Positions 27,652 to 36,773 of a stretch of 64,000 nucleotides of DNA are shown in pieces. The notes under the pieces are model-generated. The model did no database searches. It was not told where the DNA came from and saw only the letters and a list, made by a program, of their open reading frames with translations. How positions within the stretch are numbered: the first letter of the stretch is position 1; each line of letters begins with the position of its first letter. The stretch covers positions 655,073-719,072 of the forward strand of contig JAQTTB010000001.1 in NCBI GenBank assembly GCA_028710985.1. Reading direction: 5' to 3'. The DNA comes from Patescibacteria group bacterium. GTDB lineage: Bacteria > Patescibacteriota > Patescibacteriia > JAHJFT01. The translations under genes and the position numbers were made by a program.

Positions 27652-28173
27652 TTGAGCAATAATTTTAACAGCATGGGTTACTATATTATCATCCGTGGAC
27701 CACTGGGTTGCGGTAAATCAACAATATCCGAGAAACTCGCTCATATTCTTGACGCTAAATATATTGGAATGGACGAGGTGCTAGAAAAACACGGGCTTGA
27801 TAAAATGCCGCCCGACGCACCCTGCATCCCAGCGGAAAACTTTATTAAAGCAAACGAAATTATCGTGCCAGAAGCTAAGCAGCTTTTAGACGCCGGCAAA
27901 ATAGTTATTTTTGATGCGTGCTTCTATCATAGAGAAGTAATTGAGCACCTCTTGAAGAATCTTCTTTATGAACATTACATTTTTACGCTAAGGGCACCGC
28001 CGGAGCTCTGCATTAAAAGAGATAGCGAGCGTCATAAAACCCATGGTGAAGGCGCGGCATTAGCCGTTCATTCGCTCGTTTCTCGGTTTGATTATGGCAA
28101 TATTATTGACGTTACCGGAAGCCTCGAAGACGCATTGAAAGATATTCTTTCCTATTTGCCTTTAAAAAATTAA
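27652..28173 (+). CDS. P-loop NTPase / small-molecule or polynucleotide kinase-like (AAA_33, zeta-toxin or Pnk-like)
   Basis: Walker A GPLGCGKST, Walker B-like VIFDACF. At ~170 aa it is typical of standalone kinases. Confidence 0.6.
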   Translation: MSNNFNSMGYYIIIRGPLGCGKSTISEKLAHILDAKYIGMDEVLEKHGLDKMPPDAPCIPAENFIKANEIIVPEAKQLLDAGKIVIFDACFYHREVIEHLLKNLLYEHYIFTLRAPPELCIKRDSERHKTHGEGAALAVHSLVSRFDYGNIIDVTGSLEDALKDILSYLPLKN

Positions 28174-28187
28174 CTCGCTTACAACGT

Positions 28188-28538
28188 ATGGAAGAAAAAC
28201 AAATTACCACAATGAAGGATGCGCAGAAATTACTCAAATTTTTTGCCGAGCGTAATAATTGGAAAGATGTTCCGAATGTTGATAAGTTTGACCATCTGCA
28301 CGAGGAATTGATTGAGATGTCTCAACATTTGAGATATAAATCAGAAGAAGAACGCAATAAATTCGTTGAGGATAATAAAGAGATTTTTATTGATGGTATC
28401 GGCGATTTGTTTTTCGGAACGTGTCGTCTTGCCAATCAACTTGGTGTAGATATTGAAGAAGCTTTCAATTTGGTAAAGAAAGAAATTCTAGGAAAATATA
28501 ATCATAAAAATCCAGAAAATAATTTAACAGCAGATTAA
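28188..28538 (+). CDS. MazG-like all-alpha NTP pyrophosphohydrolase (YpjD-like small form)
   Basis: LHEELIEMSQHL and IDGIGDLFFGTCRLANQLGVDIEEAF align with the EExxE ... E.D metal-binding helices of MazG/YpjD. 116 aa. Confidence 0.6.
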   Translation: MEEKQITTMKDAQKLLKFFAERNNWKDVPNVDKFDHLHEELIEMSQHLRYKSEEERNKFVEDNKEIFIDGIGDLFFGTCRLANQLGVDIEEAFNLVKKEILGKYNHKNPENNLTAD

Positions 28539-28603
28539 AAAATCGTTCTTTGATACAAATACTTTTAAAGAATTGGACTCAATGACAAAATAAGGAGGAA
28601 CCC

Positions 28604-28804
28604 ATGATCTCGAGCCAGAAATTACTGGATATGGTGGCAACCGAGGCCCTTTCATCGGACACTCATCGATGCCATCGATGTGGACGCACATTTTCACCCA
28701 ACGAAGATGGTTGTCCGTTCTGCGGCACGAATGCACCCGTTTCACCAATCCCCGAGCTGCCAAAACCGGGGACCGGATCAGGGGAAGATGAAGAAAACAA
28801 GTGA
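28604..28804 (+). CDS. Small zinc-ribbon protein
   Basis: HRCHRCG ... CPFCG motifs and a strong SD AAGGAGG upstream. Confidence 0.5.
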   Translation: MISSQKLLDMVATEALSSDTHRCHRCGRTFSPNEDGCPFCGTNAPVSPIPELPKPGTGSGEDEENK

Positions 28805-28886
28805 TTCAATTCACTCCTGGGGGAAGTCGGATAATGGCTTCCCCAATTCTCTAAGAGTATTTGTCGCTCAACAAATTCGTAGCTAT

Positions 28887-29525
28887 ATGATCTACAAAAA
28901 CCGCTCCGAAGCGGGCAAGGCCTTAGCCAAGGAGATTAAGACAATCAAAAAGCTCGGGGAATGCGTTGTCGTGGCTTTGCCGCGCGGCGGAGTGGTGCTT
29001 GGTGCGGAAATTGCCAGGGCCATGAAATTGCCGCTTGACATTGTGGTGCCGCGCAAAATCGGCGCTCCGGAAAATCCGGAATTTGCCGCCGGCGCCATTG
29101 CCGAAGACGGCGAGTTTATTGCCAATCCGGACGCCGGAAAAATTGAAAAAGATTATCTGGAAAAAGAAATTGAAAAAGAGAAGCAGGAATCCAGCCGCCG
29201 CCTTAAGACATACCGCGGCGACCGGCCAGTGCGTCAATTTGAGGGCAAGACCATCCTGCTCGTGGACGACGGAATCGCCACCGGCCTCACTATGATTGCC
29301 GCCATCCGGACTCTCCGCAAAATGGGTGTGAAAAAAATTATTATCTGCGTGCCGGTCTCGGCCCAGGATTCGTATAACCGCATCAACCCCATGGTTGAGC
29401 GCGTCATCTGCCCGTCGGTCCCGTTTCTATTCGGGGCCGTGGGCCAGTTTTACCGCGAGTTTCCGCAGGTTGAAGACAACGAAGTCGTTGAATTAATGTC
29501 ATTAGTATATGAAAACCGCGCCTAA
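28887..29525 (+). CDS. Type I phosphoribosyltransferase-domain protein
   Basis: N-terminal MIYKNRSEAG ... and PRPP-binding VLLVDDGIATGLTM. The start was moved to ATG 28887; the longer tracked ORF overlaps the preceding gene. Confidence 0.75.
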   Translation: MIYKNRSEAGKALAKEIKTIKKLGECVVVALPRGGVVLGAEIARAMKLPLDIVVPRKIGAPENPEFAAGAIAEDGEFIANPDAGKIEKDYLEKEIEKEKQESSRRLKTYRGDRPVRQFEGKTILLVDDGIATGLTMIAAIRTLRKMGVKKIIICVPVSAQDSYNRINPMVERVICPSVPFLFGAVGQFYREFPQVEDNEVVELMSLVYENRA

Positions 29526-30417
29526 AATAATATTCAGCCTCGGAACCCATCCCCAGCTTGAGAAAAAGATTTTTAAATTACTGAATTTCGAAATCGGTCA
29601 ATTTGAAGACCGGGTTTTTGGCAATCACGAATATTATGCCCGGATCAAAAGCGATGTAAAAAATAAAATTTGCATTTTACTTGCTGTGATTACCGAGCCG
29701 GTTGGCGAGTTTATGAAACTGCTCGTTATCGTAAACGCCTTTAAATCAAACGGTGCAAAAAAGATTGCCGTCGTTATGCCGTACTTTATATATTCGCGCC
29801 AGGACCGCGTGGATAAGCCAGGCGCGCCGGTAACGCGCGATCTCGCGGCCAATCTCCTGGCCTCGGCCGGCGCCGACCGGATTATCACGGTTGACTTGCA
29901 CAATCCGTCCGGGCTGGGAATCATAAAAAAAATTATTAATTTGTCACCCCTCGGGTCAATGCCTCCGGCAGTCAAAAATTATGTTGATTCATCCTGGACA
30001 ATTGCCGCCCCTGATCATGGCGCAGTCAAGCGCGCCCGGGATCTCGCCGCCGTTCTGAAAATTAAAAAAATTATTGAACTTACAAAAGCGCGGCCGCGTC
30101 CTGGCGAGGCGCGCATTGTCGGCATCACCGGAGCCCCGGCCAAGGACCAGAAGATCCTGATCGTTGACGATATGATTGATTCCGGCGGAACGCTTATCCA
30201 GGCAGCGAATTTCCTGAAGGAGCGCGGCGCTATGCAGATTGCCGCGGTCTGCACGCACGGGATTTTTTCCGGTGCCGCGGCCGATTCAATAAATCGTTCG
30301 GTTATCAAAAAGGTTTTCGCTTCTGAAAGCCTGCCGCAGTGCCCCAAATGTTCGGGCAAGATTTCTTATTATCCGATTGACAGCCTCATCGCGCAGGGCA
30401 TAAAAAAACATGTATAA
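29509..30417 (+). CDS. prs: Ribose-phosphate pyrophosphokinase (PRPP synthetase)
   Basis: Prs motifs including DLHNP and the PRPP loop ILIVDDMIDSGGTL. 302 aa. Confidence 0.9.
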   Translation: MKTAPKIIFSLGTHPQLEKKIFKLLNFEIGQFEDRVFGNHEYYARIKSDVKNKICILLAVITEPVGEFMKLLVIVNAFKSNGAKKIAVVMPYFIYSRQDRVDKPGAPVTRDLAANLLASAGADRIITVDLHNPSGLGIIKKIINLSPLGSMPPAVKNYVDSSWTIAAPDHGAVKRARDLAAVLKIKKIIELTKARPRPGEARIVGITGAPAKDQKILIVDDMIDSGGTLIQAANFLKERGAMQIAAVCTHGIFSGAAADSINRSVIKKVFASESLPQCPKCSGKISYYPIDSLIAQGIKKHV

Positions 30418-32422
30418 TTTTTTCAGAAAAAAAAGTTTTTCCAGCCCGGATCCTTCGGATCCGTTTGTTATTAAATATGATGTGAGCGGTGGCGCGCTCC
30501 CGCATCGGCTGGATAAATTTACCATTGACCATGATATCGGCGCCGAAGCGAGTATGTCTTCCAGCGAGGAAAACAAGTATATTGGCGTCACGATTTCGTC
30601 CAAAAAAATTAAATTTTTTGCCATTGCCATCATTGCGGTTGTCTTTGTTCTGGTCGTGCGATCCGCGTATTTGCAGGTCGGCCTGGGTGATTATTATTCC
30701 GAACTGGCCGAGGGCAATCGCATCAGAATTAAGCAGATACCGTCGCTTCGCGGCGTTATTTACGACCGTTCGGGAAAGATGCTTGTAAAAAATGACTCTT
30801 CTTTCGCGTTGGCCGTGACGCCGCTTGATTTACCGCGCGACAAAACCGCGCGCGAGCAGGCGATTGCCGGCATTGTTGCCGAATTCGGCCTGAACGCCGA
30901 CGAAGTCAGTAAAACCCTGGAAGAGTTTCCATGGAATTACAGCCAGCCAGTAATTGTAAAAACAGACCTTGTCTATGAAGAGGCGCTGGTGGTGTATCTG
31001 AAAACCGGCGACTTTCCGGGTATCAGCGTCACCACGGATACGCGGCGTGACTACTTAGCGGCGCAGGATGTTGAAAGTTTTTCGCACCTAATTGGATATA
31101 TGGGGCGTATTAATGACAAGGAATATGAATCTCTGCAAGCAGAGGATTATCTGCGCGGCGACAAAATCGGCAAGTCCGGGCTGGAGGCGACACATGAGCG
31201 CGAACTGCGCGGGTATTACGGCAAGAAAAAGATTGAAGTTGACGCCTTCGGAATTGAGACAAAAATAATCAGCCAGGAGGACCGGGTTGACGGAAACAAC
31301 CTCTATCTCTCAATTGATTATTCCCTGCAGAAGGAAGTGGAAACAATACTTAATTCCCAACTTGCCGCATACGGAAAATCAAAAGGGGCGGTGATTATCA
31401 TGGATCCGCGAAACGGCGAGATATTGAGTTTGGTTAGCACGCCGGGATATGACAATAATTTGTTTGCCGGCGGCATTTCCACCGAGGATTATCAAAACCT
31501 AATCAGCGATCCGGACAACCCGTTATTCAATCGCGCCGTATCGGGCGAATATCCCTCGGGTTCAACTTTTAAATTAGTTGTTGCCGCGGCCGGGCTTGAA
31601 GAGGGGATTATCTCACCCGCAACAACCGTAATGAGTACGGGCGGACTGCTGATCGGCAAATGGTTTTTTCCGGACTGGAAAGCCGGCGGCCACGGCTTGA
31701 CCGACGTTTACAAAGCCCTGGCGGATTCGGTCAATACTTTTTTCTATTATATTGGCGGCGGTTTTGAGGATTTCGAGGGCCTGGGCGTCAAACGGCTGAC
31801 CGAGTACGCGCAAAAGTTTGGCATCGGCAATCCGACCGGCATCGACCTGCCTGGCGAGGCCAGCGGGCTCTTGCCGTCTCCGGAATGGAAAAAGAAAACC
31901 AAAAAAGAGCAGTGGTACATCGGCGATACCTATCATTACGCCATCGGCCAGGGTGATTTGTTGGTTACCCCGCTTCAGGTCGCGGTGTATACTTCGATTT
32001 TCGCGAATGGCGGCACGCTGTACCAGCCGCACATTGTCCATCAGATTGAGGATGTGCTGACTCACAGGCTCACGACCGTCCCGCCGGTAACTATAAATAA
32101 TCAGGTGGCAAATCCGGAGAATATCCAGGTTGTTCGCGCCGGCATGCGCTATGGCGTGACCGAGGGAAGCTCGCGGCGGCTTTCCACACTGCCCGTATCA
32201 ATAGCCGGTAAGACTGGAACCGCCCAATGGAGCACGACGCGCGATCCCCATGCCTGGTTTACGGGCTTTGCTCCGTACAACAATCCCGAGATTGTCGTGA
32301 CCGTGCTCGTTGAGGAGGGCGGCGAGGGCAGCGAGGTGGCTGTTCCTATTGCCTATGACATTTTTTTATGGTATTTTAATAATTATAAAAAGAGCCAAAT
32401 TGAAGTTATAAATTTGGATTAA
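30410..32422 (+). CDS. mrdA: Penicillin-binding protein 2 (peptidoglycan D,D-transpeptidase)
   Basis: N-terminal transmembrane segment, a PBP dimerisation domain, and transpeptidase SxxK (GSTFK), SxN and KTGT motifs. Confidence 0.85.
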   Translation: MYNFFRKKSFSSPDPSDPFVIKYDVSGGALPHRLDKFTIDHDIGAEASMSSSEENKYIGVTISSKKIKFFAIAIIAVVFVLVVRSAYLQVGLGDYYSELAEGNRIRIKQIPSLRGVIYDRSGKMLVKNDSSFALAVTPLDLPRDKTAREQAIAGIVAEFGLNADEVSKTLEEFPWNYSQPVIVKTDLVYEEALVVYLKTGDFPGISVTTDTRRDYLAAQDVESFSHLIGYMGRINDKEYESLQAEDYLRGDKIGKSGLEATHERELRGYYGKKKIEVDAFGIETKIISQEDRVDGNNLYLSIDYSLQKEVETILNSQLAAYGKSKGAVIIMDPRNGEILSLVSTPGYDNNLFAGGISTEDYQNLISDPDNPLFNRAVSGEYPSGSTFKLVVAAAGLEEGIISPATTVMSTGGLLIGKWFFPDWKAGGHGLTDVYKALADSVNTFFYYIGGGFEDFEGLGVKRLTEYAQKFGIGNPTGIDLPGEASGLLPSPEWKKKTKKEQWYIGDTYHYAIGQGDLLVTPLQVAVYTSIFANGGTLYQPHIVHQIEDVLTHRLTTVPPVTINNQVANPENIQVVRAGMRYGVTEGSSRRLSTLPVSIAGKTGTAQWSTTRDPHAWFTGFAPYNNPEIVVTVLVEEGGEGSEVAVPIAYDIFLWYFNNYKKSQIEVINLD

Positions 32423-32430
32423 ATTATATT

Positions 32431-32895
32431 ATGTCAAACCCGTATTATCTTTCCAAAGAAGCACTCGCTAAGCTCAAGGAGGAGCTGGATTACCTAAAAA
32501 AGGTCAAGCGGAAAGAAGTCGCCGAAAAGATCCAGGCCGCCATCGCGCTCGGCGATCTTTCGGAGAACGCCGAATATCATGATGCCAAGGACGAACTCGG
32601 CATGCTTGAAGGCAAGATTTCGGTGATTGAGGATCAGATTAAAAACGCGGTTATCATTGAAGAAAAGCATGCGGCCGGCGATGCCGTGGCAATCGGCAGC
32701 GAGGTAATACTTGAAACCGACGGCACTAAGCTAAGGTACCGTATCGTCGGACCGAATGAGGCCGATCCGGCCCACGGGCTCATTTCCAACGAAACGCCCT
32801 TGGCGCACGCTATGCTCGGCCATCGCGCCGGCGAGAGCATCGAATTTGAGGCGCCGTCCGGAAAAAAGATTTATCGTATTTTGGAAATTGGTTAA
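32431..32895 (+). CDS. greA: Transcription elongation factor GreA
   Basis: N-terminal coiled-coil with DLSENAEYHDAK (acidic tip) and a C-terminal FKBP-like domain. 154 aa. Confidence 0.9.
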   Translation: MSNPYYLSKEALAKLKEELDYLKKVKRKEVAEKIQAAIALGDLSENAEYHDAKDELGMLEGKISVIEDQIKNAVIIEEKHAAGDAVAIGSEVILETDGTKLRYRIVGPNEADPAHGLISNETPLAHAMLGHRAGESIEFEAPSGKKIYRILEIG

Positions 32896-32904
32896 AACAA
32901 TAAT

Positions 32905-34365
32905 ATGGCAAACGAAGAACAAGTCAGAATTGATAAGCTCCAAAAAATTCGCGAGCAGGGGATTGAACCCTATCCGTCGGCGGCCCCGAGGACCCATGCC
33001 ATAGCCGCGATCTTGGAGAATTTTTCAAAACTTGAAAATGATAAAGCCCAGGTGACGGCCGCCGGCCGCCTGCGCACCGTTCGCGGCCACGGCGGATTGA
33101 TTTTTGCGCATCTCGAGGACGCCACCGGCCGGATGCAGGTTGTTTTCAAAAAAGACGAACTCGGCGAAAAGAAACACAGGCTTTTTACCCAGCTTATCGA
33201 CCCGGCGGATTTTATTTCCGTGACCGGGCCGCTTTTTATAACGCAAAAAGGCGAGCAGTCGATTCTGGCAAAAGATTTCACCCTGATTTCCAAGGCTCTT
33301 CTGCCATTGCCGGAAAAATGGCACGGCCTTCAGGATATTGAAAAAAGATACCGCCAGCGCTATCTTGATCTGCTTTCCAACCCCGAAGTCCGGGAAATTT
33401 TTCAAAAAAGATGCCTCGTCATAAAAACCCTGCGCCGCCTTCTTGACGAACAGGGCTTTATTGAAGTGGAAACCCCCATGCTCCAGGCCATTCCCGGCGG
33501 CGCGACCGCCCGTCCGTTCGTGACGCATCATCACGCCCTGGATCAGGACATGTATCTGCGCATCGCGCCCGAACTCTTTCTCAAACGCCTGATTATCGGC
33601 GGCTATGAAAAAGTTTATGAGCTCGGCCGGCAATTCCGCAACGAGGGCATAGACTGGCAGCACAATCCCGAATTCACCAGCCTTGAATTTTATTGGGCGT
33701 ATAAAAATTATGAAGATCTCATGGAATTTACCGAGCAGTTAATTTCCAAAGTCGTAAAAGAAGTGAACGGTTCAATGAAAATCATGTACCGCGAAGCGGA
33801 GATCGATTTTTCTCCGCCGTGGCCGCGCAAAAAGTTTCATGACGCCATTCTGGAAAATTCCAGCCTGGATATTGATAAACTAAACGATAAAGATCTCGTC
33901 AAAGAGATGAAAAATTTGAAAATTGATTCCGACTACAAGGCCGGCCGCGGAAAATTGCTTGATGATTTATATAAAGATACGGTCCGCGCCAAGATTGTCC
34001 AGCCGACAATTATTTATGACTATCCGGTTGAAATGGAACCGCTCGCTAAAAAATGTCAGGACGATCCGAATTATGTTCAGAGATTCCAGCCCATTGTCTG
34101 CGGCATGGAGCTTCTCAAAGCATATTCCGAGCTAAATGACCCCGGGGATCAGCTGGAACGCTTCCGTGAGCAGCAGAAAATGCGCGAGAAAGGGGATGAA
34201 GAGGCGCAGATGATTGACCAGGATTTTATTGAAGCCCTGAAGCACGGCCTGCCGCCAACCGCCGGCTGGGGCCTGGGCGTTGATCGATTCGTCGCGATTT
34301 TGACCAATCAGCCGAATTTAAAGGATGTGATACTGTTTCCAACGCTAAAAGCCGAGAAGGAATAG
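32905..34365 (+). CDS. lysS: Lysyl-tRNA synthetase (class II)
   Basis: N-terminal OB anticodon-binding domain and class II motifs 1-3 (FIEVETPMLQ, YELGRQFRNEG, GLGVDRF). Confidence 0.9.
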   Translation: MANEEQVRIDKLQKIREQGIEPYPSAAPRTHAIAAILENFSKLENDKAQVTAAGRLRTVRGHGGLIFAHLEDATGRMQVVFKKDELGEKKHRLFTQLIDPADFISVTGPLFITQKGEQSILAKDFTLISKALLPLPEKWHGLQDIEKRYRQRYLDLLSNPEVREIFQKRCLVIKTLRRLLDEQGFIEVETPMLQAIPGGATARPFVTHHHALDQDMYLRIAPELFLKRLIIGGYEKVYELGRQFRNEGIDWQHNPEFTSLEFYWAYKNYEDLMEFTEQLISKVVKEVNGSMKIMYREAEIDFSPPWPRKKFHDAILENSSLDIDKLNDKDLVKEMKNLKIDSDYKAGRGKLLDDLYKDTVRAKIVQPTIIYDYPVEMEPLAKKCQDDPNYVQRFQPIVCGMELLKAYSELNDPGDQLERFREQQKMREKGDEEAQMIDQDFIEALKHGLPPTAGWGLGVDRFVAILTNQPNLKDVILFPTLKAEKE

Positions 34366-34422
34366 CAAATATCGGTGAATCAGTGAATTGGTGAATCGGT
34401 TTATAAAACCATTATATTTCCC

Positions 34423-34812
34423 ATGAGCCATTCAATGAAATTTAGTGATCTGGAAATATGGAAAATCGGATTCAAGTCGCTATCGGAAATCTACGCGTTA
34501 ATTAAAAACTTTCCTAAATTTGAACAGTTCGCGTTAGCTAGCCAGTCAATTAGATCAGCAAATTCGATCATTGCCAATATCGCTGAAGCTCATGGTAGAT
34601 ATTTTTTCAACGACAAGATACGGATATTGTATATCGCACGCGCCGAGGCCGAAGAGGTTCAGAGTCATTTAATGGTAGCTTGCTCGCAAGAATATATTTC
34701 AAAAGAAATTGCCAACCAGTTAATTGAAAGATATGAAGTTCTTATTAAAAAAATCAATTCATATATTTCATACCTGTCGCAGAAACGTCCTGACTCACCG
34801 ATTAACCGATAA
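34423..34812 (+). CDS. Four-helix-bundle protein of the 23S rRNA intervening-sequence protein family
   Basis: 129 aa with the same family pattern as 3668-4036 (IWKIGFKSLSEIY ... NIAEAHGRY ... AEAEEVQSHL). It is flanked by inverted repeats of the ggtgaatcggtt family at 34371-34402 and 34797-34823. Confidence 0.7.
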   Translation: MSHSMKFSDLEIWKIGFKSLSEIYALIKNFPKFEQFALASQSIRSANSIIANIAEAHGRYFFNDKIRILYIARAEAEEVQSHLMVACSQEYISKEIANQLIERYEVLIKKINSYISYLSQKRPDSPINR

Positions 34813-34824
34813 CCGATTCACCGT

Positions 34825-35235
34825 ATGATTAAAGTCATGGTTTTCGGCACCTTTGAAGGCGTCCATCCTGGACATAAGAATTTTTTTGAGCAGGCAAAAA
34901 AACACGGTGATTATCTCATTGCCGTGGTCGGCCGCGATAAAACCGTGGAGAAGCTCAAGGGCCAACGGCCCGAATTTTCCGAAGTGGAGCGCAAGAATTT
35001 AGTCTCGCAGGTCCCGGGCGTGGATTTGACTGTGCTCGGTAAATACCGAAATAAATTTGAGATTATTGCCGATCACCGGCCGGACGTTATCTGCCTTGGC
35101 TACGACCAAAACAGCTTTGTTGAAAATATAGAATATGAAGTTAAGAAAATGGGGCTCGCGACAAAGATCGTCCGTCTGAAATCCTACCACCCGGAAATCT
35201 ACAAGTCTTCGCTGTTGAAGAAACATAAAAAGTAA
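34825..35235 (+). CDS. Cytidylyltransferase-family nucleotidyltransferase (RibL / glycerol-3-phosphate cytidylyltransferase-like)
   Basis: FGTFEGVHPGH (HxGH) nucleotidyltransferase motif. 136 aa. Confidence 0.65.
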   Translation: MIKVMVFGTFEGVHPGHKNFFEQAKKHGDYLIAVVGRDKTVEKLKGQRPEFSEVERKNLVSQVPGVDLTVLGKYRNKFEIIADHRPDVICLGYDQNSFVENIEYEVKKMGLATKIVRLKSYHPEIYKSSLLKKHKK

Positions 35236-35247
35236 ATCATCTCATTC

Positions 35248-35272
35248 GTCATTCCCGCGAAGGCGGGAATCC
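35248..35272. repeat. GTCATTCCCGCGAAGGCGGGAATCC palindromic mini-repeat (single copy)
   Basis: Perfect 8-bp stem ATTCCCGC/GCGGGAAT with a GAAG loop. It is the core form of the repeat family also seen at 14472, 15824 and 47806. Confidence 0.7.
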
Positions 35273-35314
35273 AGGTGCAATAATCGGGCAGAAAGTATTT
35301 AAAAATAAAATATT

Positions 35315-36580
35315 ATGTTAGATATAAAATTTATCCGCGAAAATCCGGACAAAGTTATAAAAGCGCTGGCAACCCGCGGGTATAAGGCTGACATCAAATC
35401 AATTTTGAAAATCGACGACAAGCGCCGTGAATTTTTGCATAAAATCGAACAGGCCAAAGCCGAGCAAAACAATGTTAGTAAAGAAATTGGCAAGATGAGC
35501 AGTAAAGATAAGAAAGCCGCCCTCGCGCGGATGAAAAAAGTTAAAGATTCGGTCCGTAGCGAAGAGGAAAAGCTTGAAAAAGTAGAATCCGAACTCGCGG
35601 TCAAGCTGGTTGATTTGCCCAACATTCCGCTTGAGGATGTGCCGGTCGGCAAGGATGAATCATTTAATGTAGTTCTGCGCGGCGATGAGCCGCCCAAAGC
35701 CCTGGGCTTTGAGCCCAAGGATCACATCGCCCTTGGCGAATCCCTGGACCTGATTGACGTTGAGCGCGCCGCCAAAGTATCGGGTTCGCGTTTTTGTTAT
35801 TTAAAAAATCAAGCTGTGATGCTGCAGTTCGCTCTCGCGCGCTATGCCGTGGACACGGCTGCGGAACAGGGATTCATGCCCATGATTCCGCCGGTTCTTA
35901 TAAAGCACGAGGCAATGCGGGCCATGGGCTATCTTGAGCACGGCGGCGATGAGGAGACCTATCAATTCGAAGAAGATAATTTGATTCTTGTGGGCACGTC
36001 CGAGCAATCCGGCCTGCCGTATCACATGAATGAGACTTTGGACGAAAAAGAATTGCCCAAACGCTACATTTGCTATTCAACCTGCTTCCGCCGCGAAGCC
36101 GGAAGCTACGGCAAAGACGTGCGCGGCATTTTGCGCGTGCATCAGTTTGATAAACTGGAAATGCTTTCCGTCACCGCGCCGGAAAAATCTCGCGCCGAGC
36201 ACGAGCTCATAATTTCGATTCAGGAAAAACTGGTCAAGGGCCTGGGGCTGCCGTATCGCGTGGTCGCGCTCTGCACCGGCGATCTCGGCGCGCCTTCGGC
36301 CAAAACAATTGATATTGAAACCTGGATGCCGTCGCAGAAGCGCTTCCGCGAAACCCACTCATCGTCCAATTGTACGGATTTCCAGGCGCGTCGTCTTAAT
36401 CTGCGCTGCAAGACAAAGTCCGGCAATGTCTTTTGCCACACCCTGAACGGCACGGCCTTTGCCATGGGCCGCATCCTGATCGCCATTCTGGAAAACTTCC
36501 AGCAAAAAGACGGGTCAATAAACATTCCCGAGGTATTGCACAAGTATCTTGATTTCACAAAAATTCCATTCGGCAAATAA
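35315..36580 (+). CDS. serS: Seryl-tRNA synthetase
   Basis: N-terminal coiled-coil arm and class II catalytic motifs. 421 aa. Confidence 0.9.
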   Translation: MLDIKFIRENPDKVIKALATRGYKADIKSILKIDDKRREFLHKIEQAKAEQNNVSKEIGKMSSKDKKAALARMKKVKDSVRSEEEKLEKVESELAVKLVDLPNIPLEDVPVGKDESFNVVLRGDEPPKALGFEPKDHIALGESLDLIDVERAAKVSGSRFCYLKNQAVMLQFALARYAVDTAAEQGFMPMIPPVLIKHEAMRAMGYLEHGGDEETYQFEEDNLILVGTSEQSGLPYHMNETLDEKELPKRYICYSTCFRREAGSYGKDVRGILRVHQFDKLEMLSVTAPEKSRAEHELIISIQEKLVKGLGLPYRVVALCTGDLGAPSAKTIDIETWMPSQKRFRETHSSSNCTDFQARRLNLRCKTKSGNVFCHTLNGTAFAMGRILIAILENFQQKDGSINIPEVLHKYLDFTKIPFGK

Positions 36581-36599
36581 ATTCATTCTTTATTGTCAT

Positions 36600-36675
36600 T
36601 CAAGGCGGGGCTAGAGAGCCCCGCCTATTATTAATAAATTTTTTATAAATAGGTGGGGCTCTCCAGCCCCACCGA
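36600..36675. repeat. Inverted pair of GC-rich hairpins (ggcggggctagagagccccgcc and ggtggggctctccagccccacc)
   Basis: The two hairpins are near reverse complements, separated by an AT-rich spacer, at the left edge of the GC-rich paralog cassette. Confidence 0.55.
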
Positions 36676-36773
36676 AAATAAAAAAATCCGGCCCAGCAGG
36701 GGTCGGATGTGCGGTTGGGGAAAGAACATGGGGGCGTCTATCGTTCGGCCAAGCCTCAGCCGGCCGAATCGCG

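Noticed and set aside
28680-29525. 281-aa form of the phosphoribosyltransferase ORF
   Set aside because: The extension overlaps the SD-supported zinc-ribbon gene 28604-28804 in another frame. The canonical MIYKNRSEAG start at 28887 was used.
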